Shown here: positions 37,843 to 47,234 of the stretch, in pieces | Layout of the letters: every line of letters begins with the position of its first letter | How positions within the stretch are numbered: position 1 is the stretch's first letter | IMG/VR virus record: IMGVR_UViG_3300034073_000569 | Span: 32,001 to 96,000 of that record | Reading direction: 5' to 3' (one strand) | Length of the DNA stretch: 64,000 bases | DNA from: a virus | The notes under the pieces: model-generated | The model's database searches: none | The model's input: the letters and a program-made list of their open reading frames with translations, nothing else | What the model was told of the DNA's origin: nothing | Position numbers and translations under genes: made by a program

Positions 37843-38412
37843 ATGATACTAAAAGACCGTGTGATTGATCACACAAAAAGCAATCTTCATGAAGCTATGA
37901 GTATTCCTAGCTATATGAGAACTAAATGCCGTGAGCGTATTTTCTTTGCATCTTTCTCTAATGCATTACAAAGAACTGAGTTGTTTGAAGATGAAGATGA
38001 TGCTCCATCAGAAATGACTACTGTTACAGGAGACTTACAGCGTTGTCTTCAATTGATTACAGATCCTTTAGAATATGAATACACTATTCTTACTTTCTTT
38101 GGTCATCAGAGAATGGCTATGGAAGTATATGGTAGGTATAAGTTTTTACAAGAGTCTGGTAATTCTAAAGAAGACAAGCTAAAGATGAGCATCTTAAACT
38201 TAGTTGAGCAATTAAAGAATAAAGATGAAGATGATGAGGAAGAAGATGATGTAGATAACTTAAATAGCTCCACACTTCTTAAAAGAATATCTATAGTAAA
38301 AGAGTCACACTATAACTTTGATACTTACTTAAAATTAGTAATCAAGAAACTAAGTAGCAGAGGTGATTCTGACTTTAATATAGATGATCTATTAAAGGAT
38401 GTTTTAAATTAA
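37843..38412 (+). CDS. Hypothetical protein
   Basis: 189 aa. Confidence 0.65.
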   Translation: MILKDRVIDHTKSNLHEAMSIPSYMRTKCRERIFFASFSNALQRTELFEDEDDAPSEMTTVTGDLQRCLQLITDPLEYEYTILTFFGHQRMAMEVYGRYKFLQESGNSKEDKLKMSILNLVEQLKNKDEDDEEEDDVDNLNSSTLLKRISIVKESHYNFDTYLKLVIKKLSSRGDSDFNIDDLLKDVLN

Positions 38413-38436
38413 GTTTTTAGGGGTTAGTGAGTAAGG

Positions 38437-38472
38437 TGTAGTAGGGGGTCTTTGACTCCCTCTACATTTTTT
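38437..38472 (+). terminator. Intrinsic terminator
   Basis: TGTAG-AGGGGGTC/GACTCCCT-CTACA plus T-tract. Confidence 0.7.
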
Positions 38473-38500
38473 GTTTAGTCTAATAAACGTTGTAGATTTG
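38470..38500 (+). promoter_or_regulatory. Bacteroidota-type housekeeping promoter
   Basis: TTTG (38470-73), 19-nt spacer, TAGATTTG (38493-500): matches the -33/-7 consensus. Confidence 0.75.
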
Positions 38501-38521
38501 TTATACACAACCACATAATAC

Positions 38522-38809
38522 ATGAAGAACACAAACCCACGTTTAAATAATGGCTTTGGTCAAGTCTCTAATGAAGTTATGAGAGATCCAGAGTTATCTT
38601 TAAAAGACAAGGGCTTGTATGCATATTTATGTACGTTTGCTGGTAGTCAGACTAATGAATTAATAGTCAGTGTCTACCGTATGGCAGATGAGTGTGGTAC
38701 AAGTCCTTCTACTATTAAAAGAAGTATAGAAGTATTACAAGCAAAAGGAATCATAGATAGAATCTTTATGGGTAAAGGTAACACCAGAAAGACTATCATT
38801 TTGAAATAA
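38522..38809 (+). CDS. Small winged-HTH protein (phage replication-initiator N-terminal-like)
   Basis: FGQVSNEVMRDPELSLKDKGLYAYL...TIKRSIEVLQAKGII. Confidence 0.75.
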   Translation: MKNTNPRLNNGFGQVSNEVMRDPELSLKDKGLYAYLCTFAGSQTNELIVSVYRMADECGTSPSTIKRSIEVLQAKGIIDRIFMGKGNTRKTIILK

Positions 38810-38818
38810 AAGCTTTAA

Positions 38819-39577
38819 GGCAAGTGGGACACGTGCACATATATTAGGTGTTATACACGCTAGTATATGAATAAGTCCTTGTCCCCACGCCATGTTATTG
38901 TGCAAGTCTGACCGACAGAGCTAGTAAAAGTTGTACAGGTAGCGAAAGGTTGAGCTGGTTTAACAACATGATGAATGGTCCTATGATATATAAACCTTGC
39001 AAAAGTTTATATGGAGGTAGTTTATCTAGTTATTCAAGTGCTCCCCAAGTGACGTACAACCGTCCGATGTGTCACTATCCTGTTAGTAGCCTTGCACATA
39101 TCTTATTAACTGATTACAAAAGACACCTAAATCCTCCGGGTTGTGTCAGTTGTAATAGTTAGTGTACAAAGGGTCTGATTTAGAGAGCTAAGTAGCGTAT
39201 TAACCATAATTACAAGGGCAGTATCCGCGAACCCCTTCAGTAATAGAGACGTCTATGAACCAGCAAGTAGCATGATCAGAACAATGTAGATCCATAAGAA
39301 CTATGGAACCTTTAGATAGACCCTTTTTTAAAAATATTACTAGGTTGAAGCCAGATATAGGTAATAAAACCGACCCGTGATGCGTCCTATGTAACATAGT
39401 TATATAGAGCCGATATAAAGCCGGACATCTAGGAGCAGTTAGCTTAATATATGTTATTGGAAGCTACTTATACGTCACGTGTAGCAAAAACAGGATAAAC
39501 AAACGGTAAATTTTTCCAAGCCTGAACTTTATTACTAACGAACTAAAGAGATAGGATGAGACACCTATCTCTTTTTT
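38819..39577 (+). ncRNA. Large multidomain structured RNA region
   Basis: No credible ORF; five consecutive domains closed by long-range stems (see findings). Confidence 0.6.
39546..39577 (+). terminator. Intrinsic terminator
   Basis: AAGAGATAGG...CCTATCTCTT plus T-tract. Confidence 0.8.
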
Positions 39578-39589
39578 AATTTAAAGTAT

Positions 39590-39865
39590 ATGGACAAACA
39601 TTTATTATTAATCTGTAGCTGCTATAGCTCAGAACATCAAATGATTATACATCTAGATGAAGGTGGTGATTTATATCCACCTGAAGCTTTTGTACATATT
39701 CATTTAGTAAGACGATCTTTTTGGTACCGTCTTAAGTATGGAATAAAATATATATTTGGATACAAGTCCAGATACGGTGCATGGGACGAATTTATCTTAG
39801 ATAAAACTCATGCAAAATCTCTTAGAGAAATAGCTAAACACTTAGATGATGAAACAGTATACTAA
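39590..39865 (+). CDS. Hypothetical protein
   Basis: 91 aa; CxC...H motif. Confidence 0.65.
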   Translation: MDKHLLLICSCYSSEHQMIIHLDEGGDLYPPEAFVHIHLVRRSFWYRLKYGIKYIFGYKSRYGAWDEFILDKTHAKSLREIAKHLDDETVY

Positions 39866-40403
39866 ACTACCTATTCCTACTGATTCAGCATGGGATAGAT
39901 TTAAATGGGGACGTTATGTCCACTGGCGTATTAGATATTTCTTTCAAGGTGTTAGAAATATAGTAAGATGGATTCCTACACTCTATCATGATAGAGACTG
40001 GGACGATTATTATATTACTAAAATGCTTCAAAAGAAAATAGAGTTTCAAAGAGCTCATTTAGTATACTGCAATAGACATCTTAATATTGAGAGAGACAAC
40101 TTCTGGATGACTGTAGTTCTCAACTTACTAGAGCGTAAGCATGAATGCTATTACGAGATAGAATATCATGACTATATAAAAATGGGTCCTAACATACCTA
40201 GAGAAATTAGATATGAAGGAGTTAATGAATATATAGCTAAATATCCAGGAGTTAAAAGACGTGCACTAGCTAAATATAAGAAGTATAAGTACATCCAAGA
40301 AAGTGATGCACTATCTATGTTTATGGCAAGTGAACGTCAACGTAAATGTGATGCTTTAATATTTGAAATACTTAAACAACATTCTGCTGAATGGTGGGAT
40401 TAA
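39846..40403 (+). CDS. Hypothetical protein
   Basis: 185 aa; DRDWD and WWD motifs. Confidence 0.65.
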   Translation: MMKQYTKLPIPTDSAWDRFKWGRYVHWRIRYFFQGVRNIVRWIPTLYHDRDWDDYYITKMLQKKIEFQRAHLVYCNRHLNIERDNFWMTVVLNLLERKHECYYEIEYHDYIKMGPNIPREIRYEGVNEYIAKYPGVKRRALAKYKKYKYIQESDALSMFMASERQRKCDALIFEILKQHSAEWWD

Positions 40404-40413
40404 ATAAATTAAT

Positions 40414-41463
40414 ATGAATAACGTTTGGACAAAATCAGCTAATAACTACGCTATAAAAGAAGTTAGTCAACAACTTCCTCTGTTACCAGTAGGAATATAC
40501 AAGTATCAATTAGATCAGTATGAACAACCGTTTCTTACTCAAATAGCTGATAAGTTTCATTTTCCATATAAGATATATGGTGTAGAACGCTCTTTTATAG
40601 ATAGAGTGAAGCGTTCATGGACAGAAACTACAGGTAACTTTGGTGTATTACTTAATGGTGTGAAAGGTACGGGTAAGACTGTTACAGCAGAAATGATCTG
40701 TAACGAAATGAACTTACCAGTTATCGTCATACCATTTCACCACAAGTCTATTGTGTCTTTCTTAAATGAAATACAACAAGATGTTATTGTGTTTATAGAT
40801 GAGTTTGAGAAAATCTATGACGGTTATAATAATTCATTACTTCCTATCATGGATGGTGCATTAAAAACCAAGCATAGATTGATGTTCTTACTTACTACTA
40901 ATGAATTACGTATAGAGCGTAACTTGTTACAGCGTCCTAGTCGTATCAGATACGTAAAGACGTTTGAAGACATGACTCTACCAGTAATTATGGAAGTAGT
41001 TAACGACACACTCTTACATCCTGAGCTACGTGAGTGTACAATCAAGATGATTTCAGAACTACCTATCATCACTATGGACTTAGTTAAGTCTATTGTACAA
41101 GAAGTAAACATTCATCATGAAGATCCTCAGTTGTTTAAGCCAATCTTTAATGTACATGCAGATAGAGATGAACTGTTCAATGTTTCTGCAATGATTGATG
41201 GTCAAAAACAAGAGGTGGCTACATTTGCTCACGTAAGTCCTAGATATATTGTTGCAAATGCTTCTGTAGGAGAAGAATTCTGTGTAAACTATAGTGAAAT
41301 AGGTGATATTGTATCTGTAATATCTGACAGTCAGATTGTTGTAAAACAAACATTCTACAATAAGTTAGAAGATGGTTCTGAAGAAGAAGTAACACAAGAT
41401 ATAATCTATTACTTAGAGAAAGCTACCAAAACACATAGATCATTTAACTCTTACGCATTTTAG
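40414..41463 (+). CDS. AAA+ ATPase
   Basis: GVKGTGKT, VFIDEFEK, LTTN, RPSR. Confidence 0.88.
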   Translation: MNNVWTKSANNYAIKEVSQQLPLLPVGIYKYQLDQYEQPFLTQIADKFHFPYKIYGVERSFIDRVKRSWTETTGNFGVLLNGVKGTGKTVTAEMICNEMNLPVIVIPFHHKSIVSFLNEIQQDVIVFIDEFEKIYDGYNNSLLPIMDGALKTKHRLMFLLTTNELRIERNLLQRPSRIRYVKTFEDMTLPVIMEVVNDTLLHPELRECTIKMISELPIITMDLVKSIVQEVNIHHEDPQLFKPIFNVHADRDELFNVSAMIDGQKQEVATFAHVSPRYIVANASVGEEFCVNYSEIGDIVSVISDSQIVVKQTFYNKLEDGSEEEVTQDIIYYLEKATKTHRSFNSYAF

Positions 41464-41465
41464 TT

Positions 41466-42005
41466 ATGACACAAGAACAATTTATTGAGATAAAAGGTGA
41501 GTATCTAGATAAAATCAAAAAGATGATTTTAGAGCTAGGTAATATAGAGCCTCATGTAACGATCATTGGTAATGATTTAGAAGAAGATAAGCCTGCTATT
41601 ATACATATTCCTCTTCCTGAAAAGATAGCTAATTCAGATAATGGCAAACAGTTGTTTGTAGATAAAATGATTCCTGAGATAGCTGTTAAAATAAAAGAAA
41701 GATTTGATGTACAAGCAGTTTGTTTTGCATCTGAAGCATGGATGCGTGAGTCACATAAGGATGACTTTAATCCAGATCAAGATGACTACAAAAAATTACC
41801 TATTAGTAAAGAGATTTTAATAGTTACTATAGACACAGAGACTGAAACAGAAAGTCATGTATATGAGATTATTAGAATGTCAGTTTCTCCTACAGGTGAT
41901 ATAGTAGAAGATATTGAACTTAGGGACATGCCTGAGCTTAGTCATCAGTATGCCACTAATGAAGGTAGGTTTAGTGGATTATACAAAAAGTTTACTACCG
42001 TATAA
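41466..42005 (+). CDS. Hypothetical protein
   Basis: 179 aa; SEAW motif. Confidence 0.65.
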   Translation: MTQEQFIEIKGEYLDKIKKMILELGNIEPHVTIIGNDLEEDKPAIIHIPLPEKIANSDNGKQLFVDKMIPEIAVKIKERFDVQAVCFASEAWMRESHKDDFNPDQDDYKKLPISKEILIVTIDTETETESHVYEIIRMSVSPTGDIVEDIELRDMPELSHQYATNEGRFSGLYKKFTTV

Positions 42006-42015
42006 ATTTATAATT

Positions 42016-42189
42016 ATGATTAAATGGTTTAAAAGTTTAGTTACAAACTACAAGAGAGTAAAAGAGTTAGAGACTGAAATAGTAGTTTTAAATGATAAAA
42101 TCATTGAAAAACAAGATATCATCAATAAAACCAATGCATATTGGAAGAAAAAGATGTATCATCAAAATAAAAAAGCTAAAGAGTCATAG
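42016..42189 (+). CDS. Small coiled-coil protein
   Basis: 57 aa from ATG 42016. Confidence 0.55.
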   Translation: MIKWFKSLVTNYKRVKELETEIVVLNDKIIEKQDIINKTNAYWKKKMYHQNKKAKES

Positions 42190-42190
42190 C

Positions 42191-42212
42191 TTATAGCTCT
42201 ATTATCCGTAGT
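42191..42212. promoter_or_regulatory. Recurrent motif (copy 3, inverted) upstream of a Bacteroidota-like promoter
   Basis: TTATAGCTCTATTATCC is the exact reverse complement of 22231-22247; TTTG-N19-TAGTTTTA at 42227-42257. Confidence 0.6.
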
Positions 42213-42278
42213 TTCTGCATATTATGTTTGCTAGTTATGCTATATTACTTAGTTTTATGGTAGACTAATCATACTAAA

Positions 42279-42542
42279 ATGCTCTATCAACTACCTAACG
42301 GAAGGGTAATAGAAATAAGTACCGAGCAGTATTTTGAAATGACTGACGAAGAGCTAGAATATTTAATAGCTTATAACTATGGTGATAATTTAGAAGATCC
42401 ATGGTTTGGTTCAGTAATTCATAAGAAAACTTCTTCAGCATATGAAGAAGAAACTCCTGAAGTACTACCTGATCTAACTAAGATATCTAACGAAGATAAG
42501 ATTAGTTATACAGACATTGACTATAAGCCTGACGAAGAATAA
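42279..42542 (+). CDS. Hypothetical acidic protein
   Basis: 87 aa. Confidence 0.65.
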   Translation: MLYQLPNGRVIEISTEQYFEMTDEELEYLIAYNYGDNLEDPWFGSVIHKKTSSAYEEETPEVLPDLTKISNEDKISYTDIDYKPDEE

Positions 42543-42569
42543 CTTTTATTATTTATTTACTTATGTACA

Positions 42570-42598
42570 CCCCTGGGACACAATCTCAGGGGTTTTTT
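42570..42598 (+). terminator. Intrinsic terminator
   Basis: CCCCTGGGA/TCTCAGGGG plus T-tract. Confidence 0.75.
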
Positions 42599-42621
42599 GT
42601 TTATTTTAAAATCAATTTTAC

Positions 42622-43125
42622 ATGAAACAAAGTAAAGTTAGAGTTACCGCTGATATTAACGGTAACGTAATTGGGGTATCCCAAAACAACCCAGAGTACG
42701 GTTATGTACGTGTGGAGCAGTCAGTAACACAAATTAGTGAGGCTGGTTGGTTAAAACCTGTTAAACGCTCAGCGTTAATTAAGGGTAAAGTAGAAGACTT
42801 AGCACAAGCTGGGTTTGTAGAAGGCCATGAGCTTTCAGGTAAGATTATTGTAAAAGAATCTCTTACACCATTTAATCCTGAGAATCCAGACAAAGACTTA
42901 AAGATTGCTGGACAAACAGGCGTAGTTTGTAGAATAGATGATCAACCAATCTATCGTCAAACATTCTATACTTCTAATCAAGATGCTTATGATGAGTTAA
43001 TTACTCATGATAATACAACTGAGATCCGTGAGGTACAAGTTGCACAGAAAGAGATTACTTCTCTAAAGAACAGTGCTTTAAACGACTTAAGTCGTAAGAT
43101 CTTAGCTGAAGAAGCTAATTTATAA
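42622..43125 (+). CDS. Conserved hypothetical protein
   Basis: 167 aa, beta-rich, biased codons. Confidence 0.65.
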   Translation: MKQSKVRVTADINGNVIGVSQNNPEYGYVRVEQSVTQISEAGWLKPVKRSALIKGKVEDLAQAGFVEGHELSGKIIVKESLTPFNPENPDKDLKIAGQTGVVCRIDDQPIYRQTFYTSNQDAYDELITHDNTTEIREVQVAQKEITSLKNSALNDLSRKILAEEANL

Positions 43126-43133
43126 CTATACTA

Positions 43134-43161
43134 AGAGGGCTCAGCAATGAGCTCTCTTTTT
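43134..43161 (+). terminator. Intrinsic terminator
   Basis: AGAGGGCTCA-GCAA-TGAGCTCTCT plus T-tract. Confidence 0.8.
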
Positions 43162-43195
43162 ATATACCATTCCATCACAATTATTATGTTTAGCC

Positions 43196-43717
43196 ATGAG
43201 CAACCCAAACAAAACAGTTTCAGCTAACTCCAAAGGCATAGTTGTGTCTTTTGGAGATGTTAACAAGCATAGATTCATCAAGTATGAACCTACTGCTGTT
43301 CAACAAATTCAACTTTATGGTACAGTTAAGTATCAAAAGATTGAACAACCGGGATTTAACCATGTACAAGAAAAGCTTTATTATGAAGCTTTACATGGTT
43401 TAAACTTCTATACTACAGAAGAGATTAAAGCTATGTCTGTAGAAAAGAAGAGAAGTATTGTTGTATTATATACAAGAGTGCAGAAATTACTTAACAGGTG
43501 GAAACAAGAAATTATATGCAAGCAGGTAGATAATCTACTTATAGCATTATTTCCTAACTCACCTATTGCAAAAACTATGATTGAAAGTGAGTATTATGAC
43601 AAAGATCTTGAATGTCCATTATCTCTTAGAGAACTTGGCATTACAAGTGATAAACTCATTGCAGAAAAACTAGTCCAAGGGAAACTATTACCGTATAACT
43701 TTTTTAAATTAACTTAA
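43196..43717 (+). CDS. Hypothetical protein
   Basis: 173 aa. Confidence 0.65.
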   Translation: MSNPNKTVSANSKGIVVSFGDVNKHRFIKYEPTAVQQIQLYGTVKYQKIEQPGFNHVQEKLYYEALHGLNFYTTEEIKAMSVEKKRSIVVLYTRVQKLLNRWKQEIICKQVDNLLIALFPNSPIAKTMIESEYYDKDLECPLSLRELGITSDKLIAEKLVQGKLLPYNFFKLT

Positions 43718-43724
43718 TTTTATC

Positions 43725-43964
43725 ATGCAGTATACATTTATAATCAATGGAACAGCACAGCTTGTGCTTATTCCAGAAAATGAATTAGACCGTTTACTAT
43801 TAGAACGTACACTTGAAGGAGGTGGGTCTATAGAGGTAGAAAAAATCTCACAACCTGTGAGTATTTTAGGCAAACCAGTGACGGATAGTGTTGTTTTAAA
43901 ACGTAAATTGCACTCTAGTCAAACATTTTTAAATACTAAAGATAGTGATACAAGCGAAACTTAA
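43725..43964 (+). CDS. Hypothetical protein
   Basis: 79 aa. Confidence 0.55.
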   Translation: MQYTFIINGTAQLVLIPENELDRLLLERTLEGGGSIEVEKISQPVSILGKPVTDSVVLKRKLHSSQTFLNTKDSDTSET

Positions 43965-44328
43965 ACAGTGTGCTGGTTGCAACCAAATGAAACACATATG
44001 GAAGTCTCACGGGAAAGATAAATACTGCAAGGAATGCTGGTATAGTATTGAGAAACCAAAGTCTATAGCTCCCATATCTAAAAAGATGCGGGAGACTGTA
44101 GACCAGTATACTAAAATACGTACAGCATACCTTGTAGTCAATCCTTCTTGTAAAGCAAACCTTGTAGGATGTACAAGTACAGCTACAGAAGTGCACCATA
44201 AAGCAGGTAGAGGTGAAAACCATCTACGCATAGCTACATGGTTACCTGTATGTAGAAACTGTCATACTTGGATAGAACTTCATCCTGTAGAAGCAAAAGA
44301 ACTTGGACTATCAGAAAACAGATTATAA
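43945..44328 (+). CDS. Zn-finger plus HNH endonuclease
   Basis: CAGC...CKEC; EVHHKAGR...VCRNCH. Confidence 0.75.
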   Translation: MIQAKLKQCAGCNQMKHIWKSHGKDKYCKECWYSIEKPKSIAPISKKMRETVDQYTKIRTAYLVVNPSCKANLVGCTSTATEVHHKAGRGENHLRIATWLPVCRNCHTWIELHPVEAKELGLSENRL

Positions 44329-44344
44329 CCAAAACAAATAACCT

Positions 44345-44713
44345 ATGGACTCACGAGATTATCTTTTCAATGAAATTGGTGGTAAAATTAGTATGAGACT
44401 TTTTAATCAATTATACGTGTTAACAAGAGAGTATCCTACTAAAGATGAAATTCATAAAATAACTGCAGAGGTATTATTAAAACGTAAAGGCATTGGTAAA
44501 GTAGGAGTTAATGAATTTTATAAGGTTGTTTTAAATAAAAAACCACCTTTTAAATTAATTTCAAACATTAATTTAATAGACGAGGATAAAGTATATAATA
44601 ATATAGAAACAGCAATCATACGTTGGAATATTGATGGTACTAAAACAGCAGGTGATTTAACAAGAGAGATTATAGCAATCTTTAAAGAGCAAGAAAATGG
44701 CAGAATTAAGTAA
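44345..44713 (+). CDS. Hypothetical protein
   Basis: 122 aa. Confidence 0.6.
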   Translation: MDSRDYLFNEIGGKISMRLFNQLYVLTREYPTKDEIHKITAEVLLKRKGIGKVGVNEFYKVVLNKKPPFKLISNINLIDEDKVYNNIETAIIRWNIDGTKTAGDLTREIIAIFKEQENGRIK

Positions 44714-44906
44714 ACAAGATGTAGTTAACGATCAATACTACATTTCTACTACAGCTTCTCTTAGTGGGGAAGGTAAGTATCTAAGTACCGTGTTTGGCTA
44801 CCACAATAAAAAAATTATGTGGTCCAAAGTGTATAAACAAGTGTATTATGCTACTGTAAAAGAAGCAGAAGAAGGTCATAAAGAGCTTAAAAAACAATAT
44901 TCATAA
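44697..44906 (+). CDS. Hypothetical protein
   Basis: 69 aa. Confidence 0.55.
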   Translation: MAELSKQDVVNDQYYISTTASLSGEGKYLSTVFGYHNKKIMWSKVYKQVYYATVKEAEEGHKELKKQYS

Positions 44907-45151
44907 TGGAAAAAGTAAACAGAAGAAGTCTATCAGGTATTTATATCTTTCACAAGTTTGATGAAGATGAGCGTAGAGAGCCAACAACCTTTGAAGATTG
45001 TCCTGAAGAAAAGCAGGATGAGTGGTTAAACAATTTAGATCCAGAAGCAGTAAAGACTTTAGCTAAGCAATTAGGTAGAGTTTTACGCATGATAGGAGAT
45101 CAATTTGGTATTATGCAGAAAGAAGCCCCTGAAGATGATGAAATAAATTAA
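44906..45151 (+). CDS. Hypothetical protein
   Basis: 81 aa. Confidence 0.6.
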   Translation: MEKVNRRSLSGIYIFHKFDEDERREPTTFEDCPEEKQDEWLNNLDPEAVKTLAKQLGRVLRMIGDQFGIMQKEAPEDDEIN

Positions 45152-45161
45152 ACTAAATAGT

Positions 45162-45443
45162 ATGGAAAACTGGCAAGAGACAAGAGATAAGTACAGAAAT
45201 GCTGTAGTTCATTTCTTAAACAGATATAATAAAGAAGTATCTGAACACATTATAGATGTTATGATATCTGTAATGATGACTAGAGATAAAGTTTTACAAG
45301 GTGGAAGCTTTGTACAAGCAGTAGTAGATAACAATCTAAGAGACGCTATTAGTAGAGCTGATAATGATTGTAGTAATAACTTAAAAATCATTACTATTTG
45401 TTGTCACAACTGCTATGTAGAAACTGAAATGATGTATGTCTAA
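45162..45443 (+). CDS. Hypothetical protein
   Basis: 93 aa; GSFVQAVVDNNLRDAISRAD motif. Confidence 0.6.
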   Translation: MENWQETRDKYRNAVVHFLNRYNKEVSEHIIDVMISVMMTRDKVLQGGSFVQAVVDNNLRDAISRADNDCSNNLKIITICCHNCYVETEMMYV

Positions 45444-46557
45444 AAGAGATGAAATCCAGCAAGAAGCTCTTGATATAGCTACGTCAAACAAACGTTGTGG
45501 CTTAGCTATATCTATGGGTGTTGGTAAAACCTTAATAGGTTTGCAATATATAGATTTCTTTCAGCAAGCTAATATGCAAAAGCTGAGAGTATTAGTTGTA
45601 GCACCTAAACTATCTATCTTTGATAGTTGGACTACAGATGCAGCTAAGTTTGGTATATCACTAGACAATGCTGAATTTACTACCTATCTTTCTTTAAACA
45701 AAAAGAATCCAAGTCATTATGATATTCTTGTCTTAGACGAATGTCATAGTCTTCTTACATCTCATCATATCTTCTTATCACAGTTCTCTGGTAGAATACT
45801 AGGTCTTACTGGTACTCCACCTAGACATCATCAATCTGAAAAAGGTAAGATGGTGCATCAATTCTGTCCTATGCTTTACAAGTATATCACAGATGAAGCT
45901 GTTAGTGATGATATTCTAAATGACTATAGAATTATAGTACACAAAATGCCTGTATCTAATATTAATAGTTTACCTGTTAATGTAAAAGGTATGCAGTTTT
46001 ATACTTCAGAGCGGAAAAGTTATGATTACTGGACTAAAAGAATTGTATCTGCACAGTCTAAGAAACAAGAACAGATTGCTTCTGTAATGAGAATGCGTGT
46101 GCTAATGGACTTTAGAACTAAAGAAACATATGTAAAGAAGTTACTTGGTGATATAGAAGACAAGTGTATTATATTCTGTAATACACAGGATCAAGCTGAT
46201 AGAATCTCTAAGCAGTCTTATCATTCTAACAATCCAGAATCTGAAGATAACTTACAAGCTTTTAAAGAAGGTAAGATATCTGAGCTATCATGCGTACTTC
46301 AGCTTAATGAAGGTATTAACATACCAGAACTTAGAGCTGGTATAATTATGCATGCATATGGTAATGAACGCAAGTCTAGTCAAAGATTGGGTCGTCTGTT
46401 AAGACTTAATCCTACAGAAACTGCTTATGTACACATACTATGTTACAAAGATACTGTAGATGAAAGATGGGTAGCAGAAGCTCTTAAGGACTTAGATCCT
46501 AGAAAAATTAAGTATTTCGATGTAAACATATCATCCTATGAATCATCAACCCTTTAA
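45436..46557 (+). CDS. Superfamily 2 DNA helicase (DExH)
   Basis: MGVGKT, LDECH, GLTGTP, LNEGINIP, QRLGRLLR. Confidence 0.9.
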   Translation: MSKRDEIQQEALDIATSNKRCGLAISMGVGKTLIGLQYIDFFQQANMQKLRVLVVAPKLSIFDSWTTDAAKFGISLDNAEFTTYLSLNKKNPSHYDILVLDECHSLLTSHHIFLSQFSGRILGLTGTPPRHHQSEKGKMVHQFCPMLYKYITDEAVSDDILNDYRIIVHKMPVSNINSLPVNVKGMQFYTSERKSYDYWTKRIVSAQSKKQEQIASVMRMRVLMDFRTKETYVKKLLGDIEDKCIIFCNTQDQADRISKQSYHSNNPESEDNLQAFKEGKISELSCVLQLNEGINIPELRAGIIMHAYGNERKSSQRLGRLLRLNPTETAYVHILCYKDTVDERWVAEALKDLDPRKIKYFDVNISSYESSTL

Positions 46558-46936
46558 CGGTAAGTTCATTAAAAGAAATGGCAGGCTAGAGTTTTCTAGT
46601 TTAGCCATTTCTAAACAACATGAACTATTTGTGTCAAACATACCTGATGGTACTATAGTAGAGTTCTTCTTTGAAGTACAACATGATGATGGTACTCTGC
46701 CTCAACTGGCTAAACTACATGCAATGATAAGAGAATTAGCATTACACGTAGGTGAACCATTTGATAACATGAAGCTGTTGGTAAAAGATAAAGCTGGACT
46801 ATGTCTTGCTAGAGAAGTTAGTGGTAAAGAATATTTCTTAGCCAAAAGCTTTGGTGAATGTTCTAGAGAAGAACTTTCACTTGCTATACAAGCAGCAATA
46901 GATATTGGTATCAGTGTTAACTGTCCAATTGGCTAA
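46538..46936 (+). CDS. NinB-like recombination protein
   Basis: TLPQLAKLHAMIRELA...KSF...SREELS pattern. Confidence 0.55.
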   Translation: MNHQPFNGKFIKRNGRLEFSSLAISKQHELFVSNIPDGTIVEFFFEVQHDDGTLPQLAKLHAMIRELALHVGEPFDNMKLLVKDKAGLCLAREVSGKEYFLAKSFGECSREELSLAIQAAIDIGISVNCPIG

Positions 46937-47195
46937 TATCAGCTTCATAAGTAAAGCCTTGTTCTTCAGCTTTACTCTCAATCTCATTCATTAGAAGCAT
47001 CATAGTAGATAGATGTTCCATCCAGTCTAATGTAAGCTCTTCCTTTGCTACAGCTAGTCTTTGAAATTCAGCAAGTTCTTCATCTGTACGTTCATTAACC
47101 ATATCAACTACAATAGCTTGTATTTTCTGTATAAAAGCTGAGCCAATAGTTACTTGGATGGCAGCATCCTTCTTGATCATTTTAATATTTGACAT
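46917..47195 (-). CDS. Hypothetical protein (isolated minus-strand gene)
   Basis: 92 aa from ATG 47195; fills the gap between the NinB-like and UNG genes. Confidence 0.6.
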   Translation of the reverse strand: MSNIKMIKKDAAIQVTIGSAFIQKIQAIVVDMVNERTDEELAEFQRLAVAKEELTLDWMEHLSTMMLLMNEIESKAEEQGFTYEADISQLDS

Positions 47196-47234
47196 ACTAT
47201 CAGGTATTTGTTTTACACAAAAGTATAAAAGTTT

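Noticed and set aside
38950-39397. Track ORFs 38950-39162 (+) and 39200-39397 (-)
   Set aside because: Short, no typical leader or codon bias, and they coincide with paired RNA domains
38819-39577. Group II or group I intron
   Set aside because: GAGCCG at ~39407 is not followed by a domain V hairpin, no group I core is recognisable, and no flanking gene is interrupted
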